A DNA stretch of 64,000 bases from a virus. The stretch lies in the IMG/VR virus record IMGVR_UViG_3300009124_000001, one strand, 5' to 3'. The translations under genes and the position numbers were made by a program. The notes under the pieces are model-generated. The model searched no databases and was not told the origin of the DNA. It saw nothing but the letters and a program-made list of their open reading frames with translations. This document shows, in pieces, positions 10,064-17,434 of the stretch. Each line of letters begins with the position of its first letter. The stretch's first letter is position 1.

Positions 10064-10172
10064 AGATAATCCTCACAGTTTCTCGCAGACATAACCATAT
10101 GTATCCTAACTCGTCCCTCAGAGTAATATTTCTATACTCAGAAATTTTTTGAGGTAGGGGGAAACGAAACAT
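10011..10172 (-). CDS. Possible small hypothetical protein
   Basis: 3' part of track ORF from MFRFPLPQKIS; overlaps the next gene by 53 nt. Confidence 0.35.
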   Translation of the reverse strand: MFRFPLPQKISEYRNITLRDELGYIWLCLRETVRIIYDTRLQSTERAPQKDSQ

Positions 10173-10292
10173 TGAATAATATATCGAGGTCGGTGGGATA
10201 CTGTTGTAGGTTAGAGAGAAGGTACTTTTTAATATACCGCTACCGCGATATAACATAACGGGGCAACGGTAACTGTCAAATAGAGGGAGAGA

Positions 10293-10487
10293 TTAACTCT
10301 CCCCAGTGACTACATCATAGCAGAATCCTTCGAGGATTAGGTAGTCGCACCACTGTGTATATTGTGTGAGTTGTTCATTCAAACCAGTGTCAATTAGGAA
10401 CTGTGCTAGATCGATTTGTTCGTCTGGTGGTAGTGAACCAGCATCATAAAGATCTAGCAGAGTTTCATACTTAGCAGGGATGCTCAT
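10293..10487 (-). CDS. Hypothetical protein
   Basis: ATGA overlap with upstream gene. Confidence 0.75.
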   Translation of the reverse strand: MSIPAKYETLLDLYDAGSLPPDEQIDLAQFLIDTGLNEQLTQYTQWCDYLILEGFCYDVVTGES

Positions 10488-10651
10488 TGTGTAGAATAGC
10501 GGAGTGAATCAGTGAGTGCTTGTTGATAGTTAGGGAATGGTCCATACTTAGGACAACCATCGTAATCGTATCGCCAGAAGTGTTTACGATTCTTCTCCCA
10601 GATCTGTACAGCAACTGGGGGATTTGTGTCTAGTTGGATAGTCTTACTCAT
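10484..10651 (-). CDS. Hypothetical protein (55 aa)
   Basis: Manual: MSKTIQLDTNPPVAVQIWEKNRKHFWRYDYDGCPKYGPF..; ATGA overlaps at both ends. Confidence 0.7.
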   Translation of the reverse strand: MSKTIQLDTNPPVAVQIWEKNRKHFWRYDYDGCPKYGPFPNYQQALTDSLRYSTQ

Positions 10652-10776
10652 GACCAATCGCCCCTGACATCCTCTGCAAATTCAGTGGTGGCACTATCAT
10701 CGTAGAGGTCAAGGTCTGGGAGGTCAGTGTCATCAAGCAGGGCATCAATCCAGTCCTCATTGAGTACATCGTTCAT
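10648..10776 (-). CDS. Acidic hypothetical protein (42 aa)
   Basis: Manual: MNDVLNEDWIDALLDD..; GGAGG RBS; ATGA overlaps. Confidence 0.65.
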   Translation of the reverse strand: MNDVLNEDWIDALLDDTDLPDLDLYDDSATTEFAEDVRGDWS

Positions 10777-10949
10777 CGGTAATCCTCCAAGTCTTGTGCA
10801 TCAAACTGTCGGTTTCGTTGTTGCTTATCAGGAGCAGAATAGTCATCGATTTCCTGATACTTTTTGTTGGATCCAAACTGTCTCTTTTCCCGAATAGATT
10901 TGGGACGGCGAGAGTTATGCAGATCGTTGCGTTTGTAAGTGCGACCCAT
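10773..10949 (-). CDS. Hypothetical protein (58 aa)
   Basis: Manual: MGRTYKRNDLHNSRRPKSIREKR..; first gene after the promoter at 10988-11016. Confidence 0.7.
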   Translation of the reverse strand: MGRTYKRNDLHNSRRPKSIREKRQFGSNKKYQEIDDYSAPDKQQRNRQFDAQDLEDYR

Positions 10950-10987
10950 GAGAGTGTGTGATGTGTGTGTTATCGAGGGACTGTGTA

Positions 10988-11016
10988 ATTATGTATGATC
11001 TTGGAGGAAAAGTCAA
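10988..11016 (-). promoter_or_regulatory. sigma70-type promoter
   Basis: TTGACT-N17-CATAAT. Confidence 0.75.
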
Positions 11017-11052
11017 GGGGTCTGTGAGGTTTTGAAAGTGTCCTCCTATGTG

Positions 11053-11081
11053 TTGACAGAGAGGGCGTGATAGGTTACACT
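11053..11081 (+). promoter_or_regulatory. sigma70-type promoter with no downstream plus-strand gene
   Basis: TTGACA-N17-TACACT. Confidence 0.65.
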
Positions 11082-11165
11082 CCAAGGCAACAACAAAACA
11101 GGGTATTTATATCACATTAAAACACCCAATATAGAACACACAAGTATATTTAATTAACCATTTCT

Positions 11166-11210
11166 TTTTCCACAATGTTTTCCACAATTCTCCGCATATC
11201 CTGTGGAAAA
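11166..11210. repeat. Cluster of cyanobacterial-type DnaA boxes (candidate origin)
   Basis: TTTTCCACA at 11166 and 11178, TTCTCCGCA at 11188, inverted TGTGGAAAA at 11202. Confidence 0.6.
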
Positions 11211-11213
11211 GTA

Positions 11214-11840
11214 TCAAACAGGGATGACATTGAATGTGAGAGTGATACGTTCATCTGATTGATTTGATTCATATCCATGGGTGAGATTAGATGGATAGAT
11301 GAGTACATCACCTTGTGCATATGGTACAGTTGCTTCTTGCAAATTGAATGCAGTCATCTGTTGGAAAGGTAACATCATGACAGGGAACATTTGAGACATG
11401 ACATTTCTTTTGAATTTTAAGTATGAGTGTTGTTTTACATCATAGTTAATGAACATTGTGCCAGAGAATAAGCAATTGGAGTGTTCATGTGGGGCATAGA
11501 TAGCACCTTTATTTGCGAGTTCAATGTATGCATCAGAGATACCAAAGTTCGATGCATAGGCGAGACCTGAATCGTTATGCTTTCTGGCAACATCAAGGAG
11601 TGCAGATTTGAGAGAGGGGAGATCTTGAAGGATCTTATTTGTTGGACCGATTTGAGAAACATTATGGCAGAGTTCGTGTCTGTTATGATCAACGAAATCT
11701 TCATTTTGCATCCAGCGAAGTATTTCAGGAATGAAATCAGAGAGGTCGTATTTAGTGACAGGAGTCATGAATAGACCATAAGTTTCAAACTGAATCTGGT
11801 CATCTAGATTAGGAGAAAGATTGATTTCTTGCTCTGCCAT
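11214..11840 (-). CDS. 2OG-Fe(II) oxygenase (HxH..H)
   Basis: PHEHSNCLFSG; YPSNLTHG; RITLTFN. Confidence 0.85.
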   Translation of the reverse strand: MAEQEINLSPNLDDQIQFETYGLFMTPVTKYDLSDFIPEILRWMQNEDFVDHNRHELCHNVSQIGPTNKILQDLPSLKSALLDVARKHNDSGLAYASNFGISDAYIELANKGAIYAPHEHSNCLFSGTMFINYDVKQHSYLKFKRNVMSQMFPVMMLPFQQMTAFNLQEATVPYAQGDVLIYPSNLTHGYESNQSDERITLTFNVIPV

Positions 11841-11912
11841 TGTAAATTAGTGCGGTGAGTGTGTATTATGTAGTGTAGCATGAAATGGGGGTGTTGTGGA
11901 CGCTTCTAGGGG

Positions 11913-12056
11913 TCACAGATCGAGTGGATTGAGATAGCGTACATCACCTTTGAGAATATCATCGAGAGCGTTTAGGAGTTCGTGTCCGTTAGAGGGGAAA
12001 GTGTGCAGGTAAGAGATAAAGAATTGACGTTGTGCGAGTTGGTTGGTTTGAGTCAT
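11913..12056 (-). CDS. Hypothetical protein (47 aa)
   Basis: Manual: MTQTNQLAQRQFFISYLHTFPSNGHELLNALDDILKG.. Confidence 0.6.
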   Translation of the reverse strand: MTQTNQLAQRQFFISYLHTFPSNGHELLNALDDILKGDVRYLNPLDL

Positions 12057-12112
12057 TTGTTGAATTCGAGGATGACAATGAACGTGGCAAGAATGACGAG
12101 AATTGATGTCAT
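12053..12112 (-). CDS. Hydrophobic micropeptide (19 aa)
   Basis: MTSILVILATFIVILEFNK; ATGA overlaps at both ends. Confidence 0.5.
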   Translation of the reverse strand: MTSILVILATFIVILEFNK

Positions 12113-12441
12113 CCGAGGCGCATGGAAGAGAAGAAAGGAACGATGGAAATACCTTGGGCAGTGTTCATCGAAACGAACCAATCGAAGTTCTTTTGAAATA
12201 CACCGTCACCAGATTCGCCGTGCTCTTTCAGAATAGCATTGAGGCGAGATTTGGTGGTATTGGTTTGCCAACCACCATCAAAGAGGCGGATGAAGTTATC
12301 ACCGATCTCGGCAATCTTGTTACCGTGAAGGCGAACAACAGAGAGGTTATCTTCCTCGTTAAAGGAGACAGAAGTGTTACCAGACTGCCAGTTGGCGTTG
12401 TTAGCGATGGCGGTGTTCATTGCCTGCTCGATCTTACGCAT
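12109..12441 (-). CDS. Hypothetical early protein
   Basis: MRKIEQAM..LHGNKIAEI..GGWQTNTTKSRLNA; follows a promoter element. Confidence 0.85.
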   Translation of the reverse strand: MRKIEQAMNTAIANNANWQSGNTSVSFNEEDNLSVVRLHGNKIAEIGDNFIRLFDGGWQTNTTKSRLNAILKEHGESGDGVFQKNFDWFVSMNTAQGISIVPFFSSMRLG

Positions 12442-12490
12442 GATTTGAGATTGAAGGACGTTTGTGAAGTGAAATCCCCTCCACTCATCT

Positions 12491-12549
12491 AATATAGAGC
12501 ATTTTGAGGGTCGTGCCTGTTTTGTGTGCCAGTTCGCGGACTGGTCTCA
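12491..12549 (-). promoter_or_regulatory. Palindrome + N28 + TATATT early promoter element
   Basis: GACCAGT-CCGCG-AACTGGCACA-N28-TATATT. Confidence 0.75.
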
Positions 12550-12870
12550 GCGGTCGAATTGTTTATGCAATTCAACGTATTGTGTGACTTCCTCGTTGAT
12601 GTATTCCTCAATCAATTCCTTTGCTTCGGCAACAGTGTCGGCACCAAAGATCTTCTCGTAGATATACACTCCGCTGGGAAGTTCTTTGCGTTGGTTGATA
12701 CGATACTTTGGAGGGTTAGGATTACCGATGTGCTCACCATCGAGGTCTTCGGTAATAGTGAAGGCGGCAAGACGTTTCTCACCCTGCCAGACAGAATCTT
12801 CGGTCACCCAGATGTCTTCAACGTAGTGAATGAAATTGTTATGACGCTTGGAGGATTCGATGATGAGCAT
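12547..12870 (-). CDS. Hypothetical protein
   Basis: ORF track, minus-strand gene run. Confidence 0.75.
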   Translation of the reverse strand: MLIIESSKRHNNFIHYVEDIWVTEDSVWQGEKRLAAFTITEDLDGEHIGNPNPPKYRINQRKELPSGVYIYEKIFGADTVAEAKELIEEYINEEVTQYVELHKQFDR

Positions 12871-12912
12871 GATGCGGAAAATGCGGAGAGTTGTTGTTAG
12901 TTTGCGGAAAGA

Positions 12913-13185
12913 CTACATGCCGTTGAGAAAATCGTGCAACTCATCGAGATATTGTTGCTCGGTCTCGAAATAGCGTCCATGAATATACTTTGGAAACTCG
13001 TGCTTGTTAAACATTTCAGAGGCGACATTGCAGTCTTGCTCATCATAACCCATCTCAACGAGATTTGCGACGTAAGGATTGTGAATTGCCATGAGGTTGT
13101 TATCAGTTTGAAGTGCGATTGTGCAGGGGTCGTTGTAGTTGTGGTTGTTCATATTATTCCACCAATTGGCGTCGTACTTAGGCAT
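12913..13185 (-). CDS. Hypothetical protein
   Basis: ORF track; NPYVANLVEMGY; start uncertain. Confidence 0.7.
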   Translation of the reverse strand: MPKYDANWWNNMNNHNYNDPCTIALQTDNNLMAIHNPYVANLVEMGYDEQDCNVASEMFNKHEFPKYIHGRYFETEQQYLDELHDFLNGM

Positions 13186-13386
13186 TCACCCCACAGCAGC
13201 AGATTCCCACACATCGTAGAACATATCCCATGCATCCTTATCTGCAACAAAGGAGTGACAATCTGCCTGATCACAAACCCAATCGTATGCCATATCGCAA
13301 TCAGCGTTAGTGTTTAGGGTGAACTCTTGCAGTCCTTCGATAGCAGCGCAGAATTCGCGATCGAGAGTCAGAGAGCGGTTGATCAT
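13186..13386 (-). CDS. Hypothetical acidic protein
   Basis: ORF track; follows NtcA-like promoter. Confidence 0.75.
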   Translation of the reverse strand: MINRSLTLDREFCAAIEGLQEFTLNTNADCDMAYDWVCDQADCHSFVADKDAWDMFYDVWESAAVG

Positions 13387-13410
13387 TGGTCGTTTCGTTT
13401 GATTGATCTT

Positions 13411-13484
13411 AGTATTGCACCTTTCAGCGATCCAGGTAGTTCACAGTGATACAAAACCGCGAAACCACCTGGGGAACTGGCACA
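13411..13484 (-). promoter_or_regulatory. Variant promoter element with NtcA-like box
   Basis: GTGCCAGTT half-site; GTA-TCACTGTG-AAC-N22-AATACT. Confidence 0.5.
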
Positions 13485-13679
13485 TCAATTCTCTTCATGT
13501 AGCAACTCAGGATAGTATTCTTCAACCTCTTCAATCAGTTCATTGACAGTATATTTGTCGAGATTTTCATCCAGTTGATCATATACCAACGCGATGAGAT
13601 CTTTGAGGTCCATGCCATCAATGATCTGGTTGATATATGCTGCTTGGAGTTCATCACGATCGATGATATTGTCAGTCAT
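13485..13679 (-). CDS. Hypothetical acidic protein
   Basis: IIDGMD..ELIEEVEEYYPELL. Confidence 0.8.
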   Translation of the reverse strand: MTDNIIDRDELQAAYINQIIDGMDLKDLIALVYDQLDENLDKYTVNELIEEVEEYYPELLHEEN

Positions 13680-13797
13680 TGTTGAGATCGGAGAGAAGAA
13701 AACGAAGGGGACCAGTTGTCATCATGTCGTACAATTCATCGACAGTGACTTCTAGTTCTGCTGCTAATGATTCAGCAGTCCAGACACAATTAATCAT
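13672..13797 (-). CDS. Small hypothetical protein (possible HTH)
   Basis: Start trimmed to MINCVWTAESLAAELEVTVDELY. Confidence 0.55.
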   Translation of the reverse strand: MINCVWTAESLAAELEVTVDELYDMMTTGPLRFLLSDLNND

Positions 13798-13801
13798 GAA
13801 A

Positions 13802-14050
13802 TCAGCAGAAGCAAGGAGTATAGGAATCAGGGCACTTGGTTGTATTGAAACCAGTGACATCTGCACCGTTAGCAATACGCTCGTTCACTTCGTGACCAAA
13901 CGTTTGCTTAGTAATTACAGACCAGGACTGTTGATCTTTACCGAAATCAGAGGGGAAAGTAACACGCTTGATGAAACGTTTGACACCCTCACCCTCAATA
14001 AATGCTTCGGGGAAGAAGTCAACAATGCAGACGGAATTGGTGAGTTGCAT
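13802..14050 (-). CDS. Hypothetical protein
   Basis: ORF track; downstream of promoter element. Confidence 0.8.
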   Translation of the reverse strand: MQLTNSVCIVDFFPEAFIEGEGVKRFIKRVTFPSDFGKDQQSWSVITKQTFGHEVNERIANGADVTGFNTTKCPDSYTPCFC

Positions 14051-14074
14051 GTGAAGAATTCCTTTGACTCTTTT

Positions 14075-14133
14075 AATATACAGGGAAACGGTGCCCTGTG
14101 CTCAAATAGTGGACAGTTTGACCAACTGGCACA
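14075..14133 (-). promoter_or_regulatory. Palindrome + N28 + TATATT early promoter element
   Basis: TGTGCCAGTT-GGTCA-AACTGTCCAC-N28-TATATT. Confidence 0.8.
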
Positions 14134-14506
14134 TGTCTATGCTGGTGAGAGACCTGATCCCGATGGATTGTTTCATTTTGTTACCATTCATCAATTCTTT
14201 AACATCAGCGATGATAAATTCATCGCTTTCAGTATCATGAACTGCGAGGTAGTCAAATTCTTTGCCTGTGTAATTACCAGTGCCTTTGTTACGCTTACGA
14301 CGCAGATCTAAGTTGTAAGGATTATACTTCTTAGATTTTGTGTGTCGCTTGACTTGTATCCTAGCACCAGTAGATGCAATCATAAAATCCCATCCAGTGT
14401 CAATAGTTGGAGTGATGAGTGATAATATCTCATCATCCACTAATTCATACCAACGAGCAGCAAATAGCATCTCACTAGCAAGACCTCTCAATCTATGCGG
14501 TTTCAT
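14102..14506 (-). CDS. PD-(D/E)XK endonuclease (I-Ssp6803I / group I intron-associated type)
   Basis: G..SE..F; WDFMI; RIQVK; Y...EFDYLAV. Confidence 0.7.
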   Translation of the reverse strand: MKPHRLRGLASEMLFAARWYELVDDEILSLITPTIDTGWDFMIASTGARIQVKRHTKSKKYNPYNLDLRRKRNKGTGNYTGKEFDYLAVHDTESDEFIIADVKELMNGNKMKQSIGIRSLTSIDMCQLVKLSTI

Positions 14507-14507
14507 G

Positions 14508-15116
14508 TCACCAGATCATGGGGCAGGGAGTAAGATTGCTCACACTGATTTCTTGATAGTCTGCCTTGGTATTCTGCTCCCTCACGTTATCAATATCAAA
14601 GAACAGATCGATGGTATCAACAGCGCCATGATATTGACGTTGCAGAACATCATCGATCTTGGTACGATTCTTGGCACTCAGAACATCATCGAAACCAGCA
14701 ACATCGCCAGCAGTGTTGAAACGTGGAGCGACACGAGGAAGAACACTGACAAACAGAATCTTCTCGATGGAATTACAACCAGGAGCATAATAGAGTCGTG
14801 CTGCTTCTCCGATCGTAGTATTAGCGTAGTTCTTGATATTCTTGTTCACATTGCTGTTGATTGCTTTGGCAAGAATAGCAACGCGAATATCACCATCAGC
14901 ATCAAATCCTGCGATGTCGATGTCAAACGTGCCACCGAATGCATCTTCTTGCAGTTGATATTCAAACTTCCAAGTATACTCAGCGAGGTCAGGATTAGCG
15001 TTCAGGATCTCATCGAGCAGCACTTTGTGCAGTTCGTCAGTACGCTTGGAGGAGCGTACATTCTGAAAGGAAGTGGTGAGGAAGTTTTCGAGAATCATGG
15101 TCGTTTGTCTCAACAA
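14508..15116 (-). CDS. Restriction-endonuclease-like PD-(D/E)XK protein
   Basis: RSSKRTDELH; FEY; DIDIAG; ILAK..SN..KN..NY....GE. Confidence 0.5.
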   Translation of the reverse strand: MLRQTTMILENFLTTSFQNVRSSKRTDELHKVLLDEILNANPDLAEYTWKFEYQLQEDAFGGTFDIDIAGFDADGDIRVAILAKAINSNVNKNIKNYANTTIGEAARLYYAPGCNSIEKILFVSVLPRVAPRFNTAGDVAGFDDVLSAKNRTKIDDVLQRQYHGAVDTIDLFFDIDNVREQNTKADYQEISVSNLTPCPMIW

Positions 15117-15120
15117 TGCT

Positions 15121-15179
15121 AATATAGATCATTTTGGTGCCTGTGGCGGATTTGGTGGACAGTTCTCCGAACTGGCACA
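15121..15179 (-). promoter_or_regulatory. Palindrome + N28 + TATATT early promoter element
   Basis: TGTGCCAGTT-CGGAG-AACTGTCCAC-N28-TATATT. Confidence 0.8.
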
Positions 15180-15347
15180 CTGATTCTTTTCTCTTTGCTT
15201 TGCGTTGCTAATCTGTCGCTCCAACTCATACTTAACTGTGAATAGATTACGACTCATATACTCTTCCCACTCGTTATCTTTGATGAGTTTGAGTATATTC
15301 TCTATCTGCATGTGTGCAAATAGTAGTCTATCAAATTCTGAGATCAT
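15129..15347 (-). CDS. Hypothetical protein
   Basis: ORF track; C-terminus runs through the promoter element. Confidence 0.75.
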   Translation of the reverse strand: MISEFDRLLFAHMQIENILKLIKDNEWEEYMSRNLFTVKYELERQISNAKQREKNQCASSENCPPNPPQAPK

Positions 15348-15943
15348 GGAAATTCAGGAGCGTTGGGTGGGTTACTCATAGGACGGACACACATGTTGAA
15401 ACTTAATGTCAGACGATTTGTGTCACTCTTCTGCATATGTACGCCATGACGAACAAACGAAGGGAAGACAATGATGTCTCCTTCCTTAACAGATAGATCC
15501 ATGATTGGACTCTGTTGAAATAGTTGTGTGTAACCACTGATTGTATGATCCAAGTTCATATTCTCAAAGTAAAACTTAGCATCAGTCTCAGGATTGTACT
15601 GAATGAATACAACTCCTGAAAAATTGATAAATTCAGGGAACTGGATGTGGTGATGGGGTTCCTGGTGACAACCAGAATTATACAAATTTAACCAACTATT
15701 CAAGATCTCAATGTCTGACCAGTTGGGGAAGTATTGATAGAGATATGGTGCTAGAACTGTGCCTAACTCTTCGGGATGAACTACATCTTTCTCATCAAAG
15801 TATGTGGTTTGTAGTTCACAATTCCAACGACCATTTGTGTTGCTAAGCAGATGCTCAGCACTCTGTAATAGAGAACCGAACACCTGCTTGTGGTTGTGAA
15901 TGTGAGCGTGATGATATTTAACTGGGAACAGAGTTTGCGACAT
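15344..15943 (-). CDS. 2OG-Fe(II) oxygenase (HxH..H)
   Basis: SWLNLY..QEPHHH..FSGV; FPSFVRHGV; RLTLSFN. Confidence 0.85.
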   Translation of the reverse strand: MSQTLFPVKYHHAHIHNHKQVFGSLLQSAEHLLSNTNGRWNCELQTTYFDEKDVVHPEELGTVLAPYLYQYFPNWSDIEILNSWLNLYNSGCHQEPHHHIQFPEFINFSGVVFIQYNPETDAKFYFENMNLDHTISGYTQLFQQSPIMDLSVKEGDIIVFPSFVRHGVHMQKSDTNRLTLSFNMCVRPMSNPPNAPEFP

Positions 15944-16445
15944 TACGATTCACATCAGGGACAACAACTTGAAACTTATTTCGATAATTATATGCATACT
16001 TGGTGCGGTATCCATGAATACCCCAACCTAACCAATTCCAGGCATGTTTCATATAATAATCGATAGATTGACCTTCACCTTTAAGGTAAGGTTCATATCT
16101 TACCCACTGTGTCTCATTAACCATGTAGCGGAGTTGAGTAGACAAAGTGGACGGATCACCGCCATATTTGTTAGCAAACCTACCGAGACCAATGTAACGA
16201 TTAGTCGAGGTCCACTGAATCAAACCAAAACCACCAGAATGGCACTGATGATACTTTACTCGTGCTCCACCCTCGCAAATATCAGGGAGAAAGTTTGACT
16301 CTTGCTTGATGTTACCCATAACGGTTGCGAGGGCGTTCATAGATCGAATCCCTCGCTTTTGTAAGAATTCAAGAGTCTGTTTTTCGTTGCTGTTGCAACT
16401 CACGCACTGCACTATTGGTGCAGGAGGCATGTCGTACGCAATCAT
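15918..16445 (-). CDS. Phage tail lysozyme-like muralytic enzyme
   Basis: MGNIKQES; GFGLIQWT; TQLRYMVNE. Confidence 0.8.
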   Translation of the reverse strand: MIAYDMPPAPIVQCVSCNSNEKQTLEFLQKRGIRSMNALATVMGNIKQESNFLPDICEGGARVKYHQCHSGGFGLIQWTSTNRYIGLGRFANKYGGDPSTLSTQLRYMVNETQWVRYEPYLKGEGQSIDYYMKHAWNWLGWGIHGYRTKYAYNYRNKFQVVVPDVNRNVANSVPS

Positions 16446-16467
16446 AAAAATTGTTTGAACAAATTAC

Positions 16468-16496
16468 AGTATACTTATGCAGATCAGATAAGTCAA
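16468..16496 (-). promoter_or_regulatory. sigma70-type promoter
   Basis: TTGACT-N17-TATACT. Confidence 0.8.
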
Positions 16497-16717
16497 CCCT
16501 GCTCAGAATGTCCAGATTGCTCTGTTGCCAGTCGGGACAATTCTGGGGATCGGAGCACATCATGTTGATACTCTAACTCCTTGTATAATGATTCAAGAAG
16601 ACCTTTGACATAAGATTGATGGTTGAGTCCTGAGGTGATTCTCATCAACTCATGAACATGTTGTTTTGCAAGTTCGATATTGTAGCACTCTTTCGTGCGA
16701 ACGTTGATACCAGTCAT
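16493..16717 (-). CDS. Hypothetical protein
   Basis: ORF track; ATGA overlap. Confidence 0.7.
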   Translation of the reverse strand: MTGINVRTKECYNIELAKQHVHELMRITSGLNHQSYVKGLLESLYKELEYQHDVLRSPELSRLATEQSGHSEQG

Positions 16718-16908
16718 GCAAATCCTCCTCCTTTTGATTTTTGATCGATGACCTCAACTATACGACAATGCTGTGGAAAGTTCCACCAAGCAGTTAGAAC
16801 TTCGTCATAACTGTCTACAATTTTAACTGTATCATCAGTACACCATATTTTATATCTATGGCGATCATATGGTGCAGTTGAAGTTTGTGTGAAGAAATCT
16901 TTACTCAT
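16714..16908 (-). CDS. Hypothetical protein
   Basis: FFTQTS.APYDRHRYK..KGGGF. Confidence 0.8.
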   Translation of the reverse strand: MSKDFFTQTSTAPYDRHRYKIWCTDDTVKIVDSYDEVLTAWWNFPQHCRIVEVIDQKSKGGGFA

Positions 16909-17066
16909 CGATATTTAGCACAAAGGTCGTCATAAGATGCACCAACGGGCACCTGTTTGCAGAAACGTGCCATCTTACTGTCCTGCATTTTATTGATAGA
17001 AGTAATGGCATTGACGCCAATAAATCCACCAAAGAATAGCACGAGAGCGAGAAGAGTGATTCTCAT
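16905..17066 (-). CDS. Small membrane-anchored protein (53 aa)
   Basis: Manual: MRITLLALVLFFGGFIGVNAI..FCKQVPVGASYDDLCAKYR; ATGA overlaps. Confidence 0.65.
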   Translation of the reverse strand: MRITLLALVLFFGGFIGVNAITSINKMQDSKMARFCKQVPVGASYDDLCAKYR

Positions 17067-17143
17067 TGATCAAGGAGTGAAAGGAAAAAAAGAAACAACC
17101 CAAATACTATTGGGAACAATAGTATAATGAGTTGCGAGAACAT
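17063..17143 (-). CDS. Hydrophobic micropeptide (26 aa)
   Basis: MFSQLIILLFPIVFGLFLFFLSLLDQ; stop overlaps next ATG. Confidence 0.5.
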   Translation of the reverse strand: MFSQLIILLFPIVFGLFLFFLSLLDQ

Positions 17144-17150
17144 GATTGCA

Positions 17151-17339
17151 TCACCGCTGGAACTTACCATGGATGAACTTAGCGTGGTCAGGGTTATTTA
17201 CCCAGCGACCTTCTGCACAAGACCAGAGGAAAGGTGTGGGTTCAGTTGCAGGGGTGTTCTTATCAAGTTTGGCAAGAAGTTCGCGGGACTCAGCAACAAG
17301 TTCGTCGAGGGTAAGGCGAGCAGGGCGGACACCGTACAT
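17151..17339 (-). CDS. Hypothetical protein
   Basis: GGAG RBS; follows promoter element. Confidence 0.75.
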   Translation of the reverse strand: MYGVRPARLTLDELVAESRELLAKLDKNTPATEPTPFLWSCAEGRWVNNPDHAKFIHGKFQR

Positions 17340-17376
17340 GTTTGACTCCGTTGTGTGGTTTGTTGACTACCTTGTT

Positions 17377-17434
17377 AATATACAGGCAATCGGACGCTCA
17401 GGACTATTTAGTGGACACTACTCAAACTGGACTC
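17377..17434 (-). promoter_or_regulatory. Palindrome + N28 + TATATT early promoter element
   Basis: GAGTCCAGTT-TGAG-TAGTGTCCAC-N28-TATATT. Confidence 0.7.

Noticed and set aside
10080-10145. Hammerhead-like CTGAG..GAAA words
   Set aside because: No CUGANGA core or supporting stems
13679-15122. Long plus-strand ORFs (210 and 260 aa)
   Set aside because: Antisense shadows of well-punctuated minus-strand genes; no recognisable motifs or promoter
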